Below, piece by piece: positions 30,475 through 40,421 of a DNA stretch of 60,937 bases. A model generated the notes under the pieces. That model had not been told where the DNA came from. It did no database searches and worked only from the letters and a program-made list of their open reading frames with translations. The position numbers were made by a program, and so were the translations under genes. Position 1 is the first letter of the stretch, and each line of letters opens with the position of its first letter. Origin of the DNA: Pseudomonadota bacterium (GTDB lineage: Bacteria; Pseudomonadota; Alphaproteobacteria; Azospirillales; Azospirillaceae); contig JAEZPL010000722.1 of assembly GCA_023413605.1 (NCBI GenBank), positions 1 to 60,937 on the forward strand. Reading direction: 5' to 3'.

Positions 30475-32184
30475 TTAACTCTCGCCGCCCACCGCCCGGG
30501 GCCAGCCGGCGGTCTCGCCGCCGGGCGTGTTGGACGGCTGGGCCGGCAACCGCTCCACCAGTGTTTTGGCCCGCCCGTCGCCAAGCGCCGCCGCCTGCTC
30601 CAGCCAGGCGCGGGCGCGGACAAAGTCCTTGTGGTCGCTCCAGTGGGCATGCAGCTCGCCAAGCGCGGTCATTGCCGCGGCTTCCTTCTGTTCGGCGGCG
30701 GTGGTCAGCCAGCGGAGCGCCTCGTCGATGTTCCGCTCCACGCCCAGGCCCTGCATGCAGAAGCGGCCGAGGTTGACCATGGCGCCGGCATGGCCCTGCT
30801 CGGCGGCCTTGCGCGACCAGAGGGCGGCGGCGGCATAGTCCTTGGGCACGCCGTCGCCGGAGGCGAGCATGGCGCCCAGGCGGAACTGGGCCTGCGCGCT
30901 GCCCTGCTCGGCCGCGCGCTGGTACCAGGTCAGTGCCCCGACAGGATCGCGCGGCACCCCGAGGCCAAGATTGTGCAGCATGCCGATGTTGTAGACCGCG
31001 TCGGTGTTGCCCTGCTCGGCCGCCCGCCGAAACCAGTCGAGCGCCCGGTCATAGTCGCGCGTCACCCCGCGCCCTTCGGCGTAGAGGGCGCCGATGCGCA
31101 ACTGCGCCTGCGGGTCGCCCTGGCCGGCCACCCGTTCCAGCCACTTGACCGCCTCAATCTCGTCGCGCGGCACGCCGGACCCGGTGAAATACATCTGGGC
31201 GATGATCTTCTGCGCCTCGCGGTGCCCGAGTTCGGCCGCCGCGCGGTACCAGGTTGCGGCGTCGAACAGGTTGGGCTGCAGTCCGGCGCCCCGGCTGTTC
31301 AGGTGGCCGAGCTGGACCATCGCCTCGGCGTCGCCCTGGACGGCCGCCTTGCGCAGCCAGGTTTCCGCCGCGTGCGGGTCGGCGGGCACGCCGAGGCCAC
31401 GCGTGTACATCAGGCCCAGGGCCCGTTGCGCGGCGCCGGCGCCGGCCTCGGCCGCGCGCCGGAACCAGGAGGCCGCTTCGGCGTGATCCTGCTCGACGCC
31501 CAACCCCGCGGCATACTGGGTGCCGAGATAATACCAGGCCATGACATTGTTCTGGGCGGCCGACTTGCGGAACCACGCGTGCGCCGCTTCGGGATCGGAC
31601 TTGCCGCCGTAGCCGCCGGCGAGCAGGGTGCCGAGGCCGAGTTGAGCCGCCGCGTTGCCCTGTTCGGCGGCGGTGCGGTACCAGCGCTCCGCCTCCGTAT
31701 AGTCCGGGGCGATGCCGAAGCCCGACGCGTACATGTAGCCGAGCATCGCCTGTGCCCCGACGACCCCCTGCTCCGCGGCGGCTCGTGCCCAGCGTGCCGC
31801 CTCCGCATAGTCCTGATCGATCGTCAGTCCCTTGGGGAAAAGGATTGACAGCGCCTCGTCGGTCGGGGTGACCCCGTTGGGCTGGCCGCAGCCGTAGTAA
31901 TAGATTTCCGCCAGCCGCGCCTGCGCTTCCCCGTATCCCTGCTCCGCCGCCTGGCGGTACCAGCCGACCGCGTCGACGGCGTTGCGCACCACGCCCTTGC
32001 CCTGGTCGTAGAGGCGGCCGATCTGGTACTGCGCGCCGGCGTGGCCCGCTTGGGCCGCGCTCAGCCACGCTTCCAGCGCCGTCTTGTAATCGCCGCGTTC
32101 ATAGGCCTTCAGGGCCCGAAGGTGATTGTCTTCCGGCGAGGCCGATCCGAACAGCCGCCCGGCGGCCTTGATGAGCTTGCGCAT
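30475..32184 (-). CDS. Sel1-like repeat protein
   Basis: More than ten 'AQ..LG..Y..G.GV..D...A..WYR.AAEQG' repeats. Confidence 0.95.
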   Translation of the reverse strand: MRKLIKAAGRLFGSASPEDNHLRALKAYERGDYKTALEAWLSAAQAGHAGAQYQIGRLYDQGKGVVRNAVDAVGWYRQAAEQGYGEAQARLAEIYYYGCGQPNGVTPTDEALSILFPKGLTIDQDYAEAARWARAAAEQGVVGAQAMLGYMYASGFGIAPDYTEAERWYRTAAEQGNAAAQLGLGTLLAGGYGGKSDPEAAHAWFRKSAAQNNVMAWYYLGTQYAAGLGVEQDHAEAASWFRRAAEAGAGAAQRALGLMYTRGLGVPADPHAAETWLRKAAVQGDAEAMVQLGHLNSRGAGLQPNLFDAATWYRAAAELGHREAQKIIAQMYFTGSGVPRDEIEAVKWLERVAGQGDPQAQLRIGALYAEGRGVTRDYDRALDWFRRAAEQGNTDAVYNIGMLHNLGLGVPRDPVGALTWYQRAAEQGSAQAQFRLGAMLASGDGVPKDYAAAALWSRKAAEQGHAGAMVNLGRFCMQGLGVERNIDEALRWLTTAAEQKEAAAMTALGELHAHWSDHKDFVRARAWLEQAAALGDGRAKTLVERLPAQPSNTPGGETAGWPRAVGGES

Positions 32185-32237
32185 CGGCCTTACACACCCT
32201 TTCCTTTGCTGCGGACCCTTTCCCGACGGGGACTCGC

Positions 32238-33596
32238 TTACGGTTCGCGCATGCCTTCAGAACCGTTCTTCAAGGCGCCTTCGACAAGGTACGCCATGAT
32301 GGTCCGCTTCCCAACGATGATGTCAGCCACCAGGGGCATGCCTGGAACCAGCCGGAAATCCTCCGGCACATCACGAAGATTGATCTCGGTCAGCTCGATC
32401 CGCGTGCGGAAGAAGGGACGCTGGACCTGGCTCTGGTCTTCCCGGCGGGTGAAGGAGTCCTCGCTGATCGACTTCACGATGCCCTTGGCCATGCCGTGCT
32501 CGACGTAGCGATACGCTTCGAGCTTGACCTGCACCTCATCGCCGACCTTCACGAAGCCCTGGTCCATACCGGCGATTTCCGCCTCAACCTCCAGAGGAGC
32601 GTTGAGCGGCATCAGAGTATAGATCGGCTGGGCCTGCTCGACCACGGACCCGACGGAGTACTTCCCGACCTCCAGAACCACGGCGTCCTCGATCGCGCGC
32701 AGCTCGACCAGATCGCGGCGCTTCTGGGCCTTGGCCAACTCCTCGCGGACGCGTTCCAGGTCGACCTGGCGGCTTGAAAGATCGGTCAGCAGGGTGCTGC
32801 GCCATTGCTGGATGTAGACCTCGCGCTCGGCGCGCAGGGCTTCCAGGTCGTGCGAGGAGGTGCGGATGGTGTTCTCGCTGAGGCTGAGATTCCGTTCCGT
32901 CTCCACGCGGGTGTCGCTGGCGATCAGCGAGTTCAGGCGGCTGCCGGTCTGGTTCCTTTCCAGCGTCCGGCGCATCGTCTCGATCTCGCCGACGATCTTC
33001 AGGCGGGAGCGGTAATGCTCGGCGTCCGCCTGGTTTCTCTTGATCGTCGCCTGCAGGGTGGCCATGCGCTGGTCGAAGTTGGCCAGCTTGGCCGTGTATT
33101 CCGCCTGCCGGTAGCGCCAGATCGACTCTTCCAGCTGCATGTCCGGATCGTCGCCGGCGGCCATGAAGGGCTGGCTCTTGGCCTCGGCGTTCATGCGGGC
33201 GATCTCGGCCATCAGCTTGGACGACTGCCGTTCGAGCTGGGCAACGTCGGCCGCCGAGAAGGTCGGATCCAGCGTCGCCAGGACCTGTCCGCGCCGCACG
33301 GTCTGGCCCGCGCGGGCGTTCAGGCTGCGGATGATCGAGATTTCCAGCGGCTGCACGACGATGGTCGGCGATTGGGACACGACGCGCCCCTGCGCGCTGA
33401 CCACGCGGTCGAGCTTCAGCACCGACGCCAGGACGATGAACAGCACCACCATCCCGGCGAGCGCCCAGACGACCGCCCGTGCGGCGACGGGTTCCGGCTG
33501 ACCGGTGATCTCGTCGGTTTCGCCCTGGAAGTCGTTGATCGCCTGTTCGGCGGCGCTGTCAGGTGTTTGCGGCCGGCGTAAGAGGAGCGCGGTCAT
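32238..33596 (-). CDS. HlyD-family type I secretion membrane fusion protein
   Basis: N-terminal TM segment, 'V..GQ.LA.LDPT', coiled coil, 'LVPGMPL.ADI.VGKRT'. Confidence 0.93.
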   Translation of the reverse strand: MTALLLRRPQTPDSAAEQAINDFQGETDEITGQPEPVAARAVVWALAGMVVLFIVLASVLKLDRVVSAQGRVVSQSPTIVVQPLEISIIRSLNARAGQTVRRGQVLATLDPTFSAADVAQLERQSSKLMAEIARMNAEAKSQPFMAAGDDPDMQLEESIWRYRQAEYTAKLANFDQRMATLQATIKRNQADAEHYRSRLKIVGEIETMRRTLERNQTGSRLNSLIASDTRVETERNLSLSENTIRTSSHDLEALRAEREVYIQQWRSTLLTDLSSRQVDLERVREELAKAQKRRDLVELRAIEDAVVLEVGKYSVGSVVEQAQPIYTLMPLNAPLEVEAEIAGMDQGFVKVGDEVQVKLEAYRYVEHGMAKGIVKSISEDSFTRREDQSQVQRPFFRTRIELTEINLRDVPEDFRLVPGMPLVADIIVGKRTIMAYLVEGALKNGSEGMREP

Positions 33597-35799
33597 GAGA
33601 GGGGCTTCCCGGGGAAAGGTGGCGGTTCTGCTGGAACCAGAGATGCCGGTAGACGTCGCAGCGTTGGAGCAGTTCGTCGTGCTTGCCCATGTCGTAGAGC
33701 TTGCCGCGCTCCAGCACCATGATCTGGTCGCAGTTGACCAGAGAGGCGAGGCGGTGGGAGATGACAATCATCGTCCGGCCCTGCGCGATGCGCGTCAGGT
33801 TGTTGTTGATGATCGCCTCGCTGTCGGGATCGAGCGCACTGGTCGCTTCGTCCAGGATGAGGATGCTCGGATCGACGAGCAGGGCGCGGGCGATGGCAAG
33901 GCGCTGACGCTGGCCGCCCGACAGGTTGGCGGAGCCTTCCTCGATCACCGTCTCGTAGCCGCGCGGCAGCCGCTCGATGAATTCCTCGGCACCGGCAAGC
34001 CGGGCCGCCCGCATCACCTCTTCGAGCGAGGCGCTGCGGTTGGCCGCCATGATGTTCTCGCGGATGGTGCCGTTGAACAGGAAGTTGTCCTGAAGCACCA
34101 CGCCCAGGTTGGAGCGCAGATGGTTCAGATCGATCTCGCGCAGGTCGACGCCATCGATCTTGATGAGGCCTTCGTAATTCTGGTGCAGGCCCTGCAGCAC
34201 GCGGGTGACGGTGGTCTTGCCCGAACCGGACCGTCCCATGATGCCGATGACCTGCCCGGCCTTGATGGAGAAGGAAATGTCGTCGAGCGCCGGGCTCTGC
34301 GCGCCGGGGTAGCGGAACTTGAGTTCGGAGAAGGAGATGTCGCCCTTGATGACCGGGCGCACGCCCTGGCGGCCAAGCCCCTGCTCGGGCGCTTGGTTGA
34401 CCACCGACGCCACCTGGCCGACGGCGCCGCGGGCTTCCTGGAACTGCTGCATCATGCTGGCGATCTGGACGAAAGGCTGCGTCGCACGGCTCGCGATCAT
34501 GCTGAAGGCGACCAGCGTGCCGCCGTAGACCGACGCCCCTTCGCCGATGGCGAGATAGGCGCCGACGCCCAGCGTCCCGGCGTAGATCGCTTTTTCCAAC
34601 GGCTGCAGGATGGTCTGCGGCTGGTTCGCCAGATGCTGCATGGCGGTGTTGGCGCGCACAGCGTCGGCCACGCGCACGTCCCAATCGTGCCGCTTGCGCC
34701 CTTCGAGCGCCAGCGACTTGACCGTGCGGGCGCCGTGCAGGACTTCGATCAGGAACGAGCCTTTGCGCTGCTCCGCCTGGACGACCTTCTGGTAGGCGCG
34801 GGCCAATGGGCCGATGTAGAGAGCGACCACCAGGAACATGAGCGCCGCCACGCCCAGCACCATGAAGGTGAGCGGCACGCTCATGATGAACATCGCCGGG
34901 ATCAGCACGAGGAGCGTCATGGAGTCGAGCAGCGTCCCGAACAGCTGCCCGGTCAGGAAATTGCGGATGCGCCAGACTTCGTTGAGCTTGTAGGAGATCA
35001 CGCCGGTCGGCGTGCGCTCGAAGAAGTCGATCGGCAGCGCGATCATGCGGTCAAAGATGTAGGTGCTGATGCGGGCGTCCACCTTGGCCGTGCCGACCGC
35101 CACCAGATAGCGGCGCAGATAGCCGAACAGGGTGTCGAACACCAGCAGGAAGCCGATGACCACGACCAGCACGTACAGCGTGGACAGGCGCTGATGGACG
35201 AGCACCCGGTCCAGGATGACCATGAAGACCAGCGGCGGAATCAGGGCGAACAGGCTGAGGATGAGGGCGGAAATGCCGACGTCGCGGAAAATCCGCTTCT
35301 CGCGCAGGATCTGCCCCGCCAGCCAGGCGAAGCCGAAGGGCCGCTCATCGTCGCTGATCCGGTAGCGCCGCTTGACGAAGATCGCCTCGCCGTCCCACAC
35401 AGAGGCAAGGCGCACTTCGTCCACGGCGATGCAGGCCTGGTTCGCGCTCAGCGGATCCTGCAGCATCGCGGCCGGCGTGCCGCCGTCCTGGCGGAAGGCG
35501 ACCAGCACCATCGTGCTGCCGTCGCGCAGGCGGAGCAGAAGCGGCAACGCCTTGCCCAGGCGCGACAGATGCTTCCATTGAAGCTTCGCGGAACGGACGG
35601 TCAGCCCGTTGTCCCCGGCGATCTTCAGCAGTTGCCGCGTGGGCGGCTCGCCGCTGTCGATGCTGTAGTCGCGCTGGAGCTGCTCGACCGAAAGATGCAG
35701 CCCATGATGGCGCGCCACGATGGCAAGCGCGTGCAGGCTGGTGGTCCGAGCCGTTTCCGTGGAAGCGGCTGGAGGATCGTTGGCAGTCGTGCTCTGCAT
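33559..35799 (-). CDS. HlyB-like type I secretion ABC transporter with a C39-like domain
   Basis: C39-like N-terminus, TM domain, Walker A 'GRSGSGKT', signature 'LSGGQRQ', Walker B 'ILILDEATSALD'. Confidence 0.94.
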   Translation of the reverse strand: MQSTTANDPPAASTETARTTSLHALAIVARHHGLHLSVEQLQRDYSIDSGEPPTRQLLKIAGDNGLTVRSAKLQWKHLSRLGKALPLLLRLRDGSTMVLVAFRQDGGTPAAMLQDPLSANQACIAVDEVRLASVWDGEAIFVKRRYRISDDERPFGFAWLAGQILREKRIFRDVGISALILSLFALIPPLVFMVILDRVLVHQRLSTLYVLVVVIGFLLVFDTLFGYLRRYLVAVGTAKVDARISTYIFDRMIALPIDFFERTPTGVISYKLNEVWRIRNFLTGQLFGTLLDSMTLLVLIPAMFIMSVPLTFMVLGVAALMFLVVALYIGPLARAYQKVVQAEQRKGSFLIEVLHGARTVKSLALEGRKRHDWDVRVADAVRANTAMQHLANQPQTILQPLEKAIYAGTLGVGAYLAIGEGASVYGGTLVAFSMIASRATQPFVQIASMMQQFQEARGAVGQVASVVNQAPEQGLGRQGVRPVIKGDISFSELKFRYPGAQSPALDDISFSIKAGQVIGIMGRSGSGKTTVTRVLQGLHQNYEGLIKIDGVDLREIDLNHLRSNLGVVLQDNFLFNGTIRENIMAANRSASLEEVMRAARLAGAEEFIERLPRGYETVIEEGSANLSGGQRQRLAIARALLVDPSILILDEATSALDPDSEAIINNNLTRIAQGRTMIVISHRLASLVNCDQIMVLERGKLYDMGKHDELLQRCDVYRHLWFQQNRHLSPGSPSHDRAPLTPAANT

Positions 35800-35959
35800 C
35801 TGGCCCCTGTGCGTCTGGCCCCTGTATCCCACGACCTGTGCGGTCGGGTCGCTGTGCCGGTTGGCTTATCCGATCGCGCGACTGTACTGTACCACCCTCA
35901 TCGAATACAAGCATTGCACTCGGAGCGCTCAATTCGGGCGAAGCCGTCGGGAGCAAGGT

Positions 35960-36213
35960 ATGAAGGTTTCGGTTATAACCATTTGCAGAAATATGTGTGA
36001 CAGCATAGGACTATCCCCGACAGTGTTTCGCGTCGGACACATTCAAATGTCGAACACATCGCCATTGATGGCGCCTTAACCAAAGAAACGTTCGACATTC
36101 TGGAACGTCGGCGCAAGCGCATCGCCCTGCTCGTCTCCGGGTGGGCCGGCGGCATTCCCGAAACGATGAACAAGAGCCCCGCCCACGCCGTCGGCGACCG
36201 CATCCATTTCTGA
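35960..36213 (+). pseudogene. Degenerate WcaE-like glycosyltransferase family 2 (N-terminal fragment)
   Basis: 'MKVSVITICRN..DSIG', frameshift, then 'DSVSRRTHSNVEHIAIDGALTKETFDILERRRKRIALLVSGWAGGIPETMNKSPAHAVGDRIHF*', which follows the GT2/WcaE N-terminal pattern. Confidence 0.75.
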
Positions 36214-36313
36214 TCTGCGGCTGTTTGCCGCATCAAGGAGCCTTCGCCGGTCGATGTCCGAAGGCACCGGATCGTTCGTTGCCAGGACGGCTTCGCCAGG
36301 GAGCTTCCCCTCC

Positions 36314-36361
36314 GCCCACCTGGATGCCCACTTGGACGCTCACTTGGACGCCCACCTGGGC
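36314..36361. repeat. 12-bp tandem repeat x4
   Basis: GCCCACCTGGAT GCCCACTTGGAC GCTCACTTGGAC GCCCACCTGGGC. Confidence 0.9.
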
Positions 36362-36451
36362 GACGCCGCGCTGAGGCACCGCTTGGCCTTTGGCGGCGGA
36401 GCGCCTCATACGGTCGGCGGATGACCACGTCCCGTGCCCGCCGACCGTCAA

Positions 36452-36489
36452 ACCCTCTTGATCAATGCGTCGACATTGATCAAGAGGGT
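36452..36489. repeat. Perfect 16-bp inverted repeat (terminator or REP-like palindrome)
   Basis: ACCCTCTTGATCAATG-cgtcga-CATTGATCAAGAGGGT, 16 bp past the fcl stop. Confidence 0.85.
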
Positions 36490-36505
36490 GATGCGGACGA
36501 CGCCT

Positions 36506-37486
36506 TCAGGCGCCGTCCCGCAGGCCGCGCAAGGTGCCGGTGCCCAGGTTTTCCAGATACCAGCGGTAGGTCCGCTCGAACCCGTCCCGCAGCGGGGTGG
36601 GCGCAGTCCAGCCCATGGCCTGGATACGGCGGCAGTCCATGATCTTGCGCGGCGTGCCGTTCGGCTTGGAGGTGTCGAAGCGGAAGCCGCCGCGGTACCC
36701 GATCACGTCGGCCAGCATCTCGGCGAGTTGGCGGATCGAGACCTCGTGGCCGGAGCCGAGGTTGACGTGCGGTTCGTCTGAATAGGTCTCGGCCAGGAAG
36801 ACCAGCCCGTCCGCCAGATCCTCCACGAACAGGAACTCGCGCAGCGGGCTGCCGTCGCCCCACAGCTCGACGGTGTCGGCCCCCGCCGCCTTGGCGCGGT
36901 GGATCTTGACCATCAGGGCGGCCGCGACGTGGCCCTGCTCGATGTCGAAGTTGTCGCCGTAGCCGTAGAGGTTGGTCGGCATGGCCGAGATGAAATCACA
37001 GCCGTATTGCCGGCGGTAGGCCTGGCACATCTTGATGCCGGCGATCTTGGCGATCGCGTACCATTCGTTCGTGGGCTCAAGCGGGCCGGTCAGCAGGGAC
37101 TCCTCGGAAATCGGCTGCGGCGCCATCCGCGGATAAATGCAGGACGACCCCAGAAAGACCAGTTTCCGCACCCCGGTTTGCCGGGCCGCCTCGATGACGT
37201 TGGTCTCGATCGCCAGATTCTCGTAGAGAAATTCCGCCGGACGGCTGTTGTTGGCGTGAATCCCGCCGACCAGGGCCGCGGCGAGGAACACCACGTCCGG
37301 CTTCGCCGCGGCCATCCACGCCTCGACCTCGGCCTGGCGGCGCAGGTCGACGGCGTCACGGCCCACGGTCAGAATCTCGCACGGCTCCCGTTCGAGCCGG
37401 CGGACGATGGCCGAACCGGCCATGCCGCGGTGGCCGGCAACCCAGACGCGCTTCCCCTTCAGGGAAAATGGACGCCCCGCCGTCAT
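36506..37486 (-). CDS. fcl: GDP-L-fucose synthase
   Basis: 'AGHRGMAGSA', 'AALVGGI.AN', 'LGSSCIYP', 'EPTNEWYAIAK', 'PTNLYG..DNF'. ATG 37486 follows GGAGGA. Confidence 0.96.
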   Translation of the reverse strand: MTAGRPFSLKGKRVWVAGHRGMAGSAIVRRLEREPCEILTVGRDAVDLRRQAEVEAWMAAAKPDVVFLAAALVGGIHANNSRPAEFLYENLAIETNVIEAARQTGVRKLVFLGSSCIYPRMAPQPISEESLLTGPLEPTNEWYAIAKIAGIKMCQAYRRQYGCDFISAMPTNLYGYGDNFDIEQGHVAAALMVKIHRAKAAGADTVELWGDGSPLREFLFVEDLADGLVFLAETYSDEPHVNLGSGHEVSIRQLAEMLADVIGYRGGFRFDTSKPNGTPRKIMDCRRIQAMGWTAPTPLRDGFERTYRWYLENLGTGTLRGLRDGA

Positions 37487-37529
37487 GCGCTCCTCCGCTC
37501 CATCGCCGTCACTCTCCGCAGCCTCTTTC

Positions 37530-38312
37530 TCAGGACATCGAGGTTCCGGTGTCGGACGCCGCCCCCGCGGCGTACAGCTGATAGTCCCGCAGAACCTCAT
37601 CGACCGGCCCGAAGCGCCGCACGCTCCCGCGCTCCAGCCACAACGCCTTGTTGCACAACCGTTTCAGCACGTCTTCGACGTGGGAGGCAATGACCATGAT
37701 CCGCGAACGGCTCACGAAGCCTTCCGCGCGGCGCTGCGCCTTTTCCAGGAACTTCGTATCGCTGACGGCGAGCCATTCGTCCATCAGCAGAATTTCCGGA
37801 TCCACCGACGTCGCTGCGGCGAAGGCGAGACGCAGCGTCATGCCCGCCGAATAGGTGCGAACCGGAAGGTCGAGATAATCGCCGAGTTCGGTGAAGGCGG
37901 CGATGTCGTCCATCTTCCGTTCGATCTCGTCCGCATCGATGCCGAAATAGGCGGCGCGCATCCGGATGTTGTCGTAGCCCGACGCGTCCATGTCGAGCCC
38001 GAGGCCGAGATCGAACAGCGGGGTGATGCGCCCATTCACGCGTATCCGCCCCGCCGTCGGCTCATACACGCCCGCCAGCACGCGCAACAGCGTCGTCTTG
38101 CCGGCGCCGTTGCCGCCGATCAGCCCGACCCGGTCGCCGTGTTCCAGGTTCAATGTGATGTTGCTCAGCGCCTTGACGGTGATCCGGTGATGCGCGTCGT
38201 GCTTCAGCCGTCCGCTGGTGGACGAGCGCAGAAGCGTCTTCTTCAGCGAGCGTGCGCTTCCCTGATAAAGGACGAAATCGACAGACACGTCATCAAGGTG
38301 AATGGAAGCCAT
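37530..38312 (-). CDS. wzt: Polysaccharide ABC exporter ATP-binding subunit
   Basis: 'GLIGGNGAGKTTLL', 'PVRTYSAGM..RLAF', 'ILLMDEWL'. Confidence 0.93.
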   Translation of the reverse strand: MASIHLDDVSVDFVLYQGSARSLKKTLLRSSTSGRLKHDAHHRITVKALSNITLNLEHGDRVGLIGGNGAGKTTLLRVLAGVYEPTAGRIRVNGRITPLFDLGLGLDMDASGYDNIRMRAAYFGIDADEIERKMDDIAAFTELGDYLDLPVRTYSAGMTLRLAFAAATSVDPEILLMDEWLAVSDTKFLEKAQRRAEGFVSRSRIMVIASHVEDVLKRLCNKALWLERGSVRRFGPVDEVLRDYQLYAAGAASDTGTSMS

Positions 38313-39170
38313 CTACAACCAATAGGCGATGCGTTTGCGGAAGCGGGCGAAGCAGGCAAAGGTGACCGCCCAACCGGCGGCGGCGAACAGCCCGCCGACC
38401 ACCCAACTTTCCCAGCCCGGAAGCTGGCCAAGCAGCGGCGCCCGGATGATCTCCAGCAGATGGTAGAAGGGGTTGAGCGCCATCAGATACCGCCGGTCGC
38501 CCAACAGCTCCGGCTTCCACATCACCGGCGTGACGAAGAACAGAAGCTGGATCACGCTGGAGACGATCGGCGGCACGTCGCGGAAGCGCGTGCAGACCAT
38601 ACCGAGCAAAAGCATCATCCAGCCGGCGTTCACCAACAGCAGCGCCAGCCCGGCGAAGGCCAGCAGGCCCGTGCCTCCCGGCCACACGCCGAAGATCATG
38701 GCCACGACGATGAAAATAACGGCATTGTGGCCGTAAATGATCAAATTCCGCCAAAGCACACGCAGGATGTGCAATGACATGGGAATTCTGACGTTCTTGA
38801 TCAGCGCTTCCAGATCGATGAAGCTGGTGCAGCCCTCGTTCAGGAAGGACGCCACGAAGTTCCAGGTCGCCAGGCCGATCGCCAGGAAGGGCAGATAGTC
38901 TTCCAGATTCAGCCGGAACAGGGTGCCGTAGATGAGCCCGAGGCTGGCCACCATGACCGCCATGCTGAGCGTCAGCCAAAAAGGCCCAAGGACCGAGCGC
39001 CGATAGCGCTTGCGGATGTCGTGCCAGCCAAGCTTGCTCCACAGCCGCCAACGCCGGGCCCCATCCCGAAGATCGTCCCAGGCCCGCGCGGCTTGGCTGC
39101 GGCCGCCGGAGTCATAGGTGGTTTCGCTTCGTGGGCGGAACGATGCGTTGGTCAAGCCCTCGCTGGTCAT
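38313..39170 (-). CDS. wzm: Polysaccharide ABC exporter permease
   Basis: 'DIRKRYRRSVLGPFW', multiple TM segments, 'RFRDVP', 'FFVTPVMW', 'NPFYHLLEIIR'. Confidence 0.93.
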   Translation of the reverse strand: MTSEGLTNASFRPRSETTYDSGGRSQAARAWDDLRDGARRWRLWSKLGWHDIRKRYRRSVLGPFWLTLSMAVMVASLGLIYGTLFRLNLEDYLPFLAIGLATWNFVASFLNEGCTSFIDLEALIKNVRIPMSLHILRVLWRNLIIYGHNAVIFIVVAMIFGVWPGGTGLLAFAGLALLLVNAGWMMLLLGMVCTRFRDVPPIVSSVIQLLFFVTPVMWKPELLGDRRYLMALNPFYHLLEIIRAPLLGQLPGWESWVVGGLFAAAGWAVTFACFARFRKRIAYWL

Positions 39171-39368
39171 CCTGCGCGCCCCGGTCGCGACCCTGCGCGC
39201 CACGGCGCAGAGTGCCCGTGGCAACGGGACGGAAGAGCTGTGGACGGCACCATGCAAACTCCGAAACGAAACAGACCGGACGCAGCCTGTATACTCCGTC
39301 CACCCGCGGCTTCACAGCCCCAACGAGCCGGAGCGCCAAGCCGCTTTGAAAGGCGTGCGATGCCCGGA

Positions 39369-40421
39369 TCAGGCCCTCCGGTCCTTGCCGTAAAGGGCGA
39401 GATCGCTGTCAACCATCTCGCGGACAAGATCGGGGAAGCTGGTGGTGTGCGTCCAGCCCAGCCTTGCGCGCGCCTTGGAGGGGTCGCCAAGCAGCAGATC
39501 CACCTCGGTCGGACGGAAGTAGCGCGGATCGATCTCGATCAGCACGTTGCCGGTCACGGCGTCGATGCCCTTCTCCTCCACGTCCGCGCCCTGCCAGACG
39601 ATCCGGCGGCCGACGCAGCCGAAGGCCAGTTCCACGAACTCGCGGATCGAGTGGGTTTCGCCGGTGGCGAGCACGTAGTCGTCGGGCTCGTCCTGCTGGA
39701 CCATGCGCCACATCCCCTCGACATAGTCGCGGGCGTGACCCCAGTCGCGCTTGGCGTCCAGGTTGCCGAGGTAGAGCCGTTCCTGCCGGCCCAGCGTGAT
39801 GGCGGCAACAGCGCGGGTGATCTTCCGCGTCACGAAGGTTTCGCCGCGGGTGGGGCCCTCGTGGTTGAACAGGATGCCGTTGGAAGCGTGCAGGCCATAG
39901 GCCTCGCGGTAATTCACCGTGATCCAGTAGGCGTAGAGTTTGGCCACCGCATAGGGGCTGCGCGGGTAGAAGGGCGTGGTCTCCCGCTGCGGCGTCTCCT
40001 GCGCCTTGCCGAACAATTCGGAGGTGGAGGCCTGATAGAAGCGCGTCTTTTTCTCCAAGCCGAGGATGCGGATCGCCTCGAGCAGGCGCAGCGTGCCGAT
40101 CCCGTCGGAGTTCGCCGTGTATTCCGGCGTCTCGAAGCTGACCTGCACGTGGCTTTGGGCAGCGAGGTTGTAAATCTCGTCCGGCTGAACTTCCTGGACG
40201 ATACGGATCAGGTTGGTCGCGTCCGTCAGGTCGCCGTAGTGCATCCGGAAGCGGACGTCATCCTCATGCACGTCACGGTACAGGTGCTCCACACGCTCCG
40301 TGTTGAACGAGGACGAGCGACGTTTCACCCCATGGACAACATAGCCCTTGGAGAGCAAAAGCTCCGCAAGGTATGCGCCATCCTGTCCCGTGATCCCGGT
40401 GATCAATGCAACCTTGCTCAA
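39369..40421 (-). CDS. gmd: GDP-mannose 4,6-dehydratase
   Basis: '[15 protein letters not shown]', '[12 protein letters not shown]', '[10 protein letters not shown]', 'PRSPYAVAK'. Likely TTG start at 40421. Confidence 0.97.
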   Translation of the reverse strand: MSKVALITGITGQDGAYLAELLLSKGYVVHGVKRRSSSFNTERVEHLYRDVHEDDVRFRMHYGDLTDATNLIRIVQEVQPDEIYNLAAQSHVQVSFETPEYTANSDGIGTLRLLEAIRILGLEKKTRFYQASTSELFGKAQETPQRETTPFYPRSPYAVAKLYAYWITVNYREAYGLHASNGILFNHEGPTRGETFVTRKITRAVAAITLGRQERLYLGNLDAKRDWGHARDYVEGMWRMVQQDEPDDYVLATGETHSIREFVELAFGCVGRRIVWQGADVEEKGIDAVTGNVLIEIDPRYFRPTEVDLLLGDPSKARARLGWTHTTSFPDLVREMVDSDLALYGKDRRA

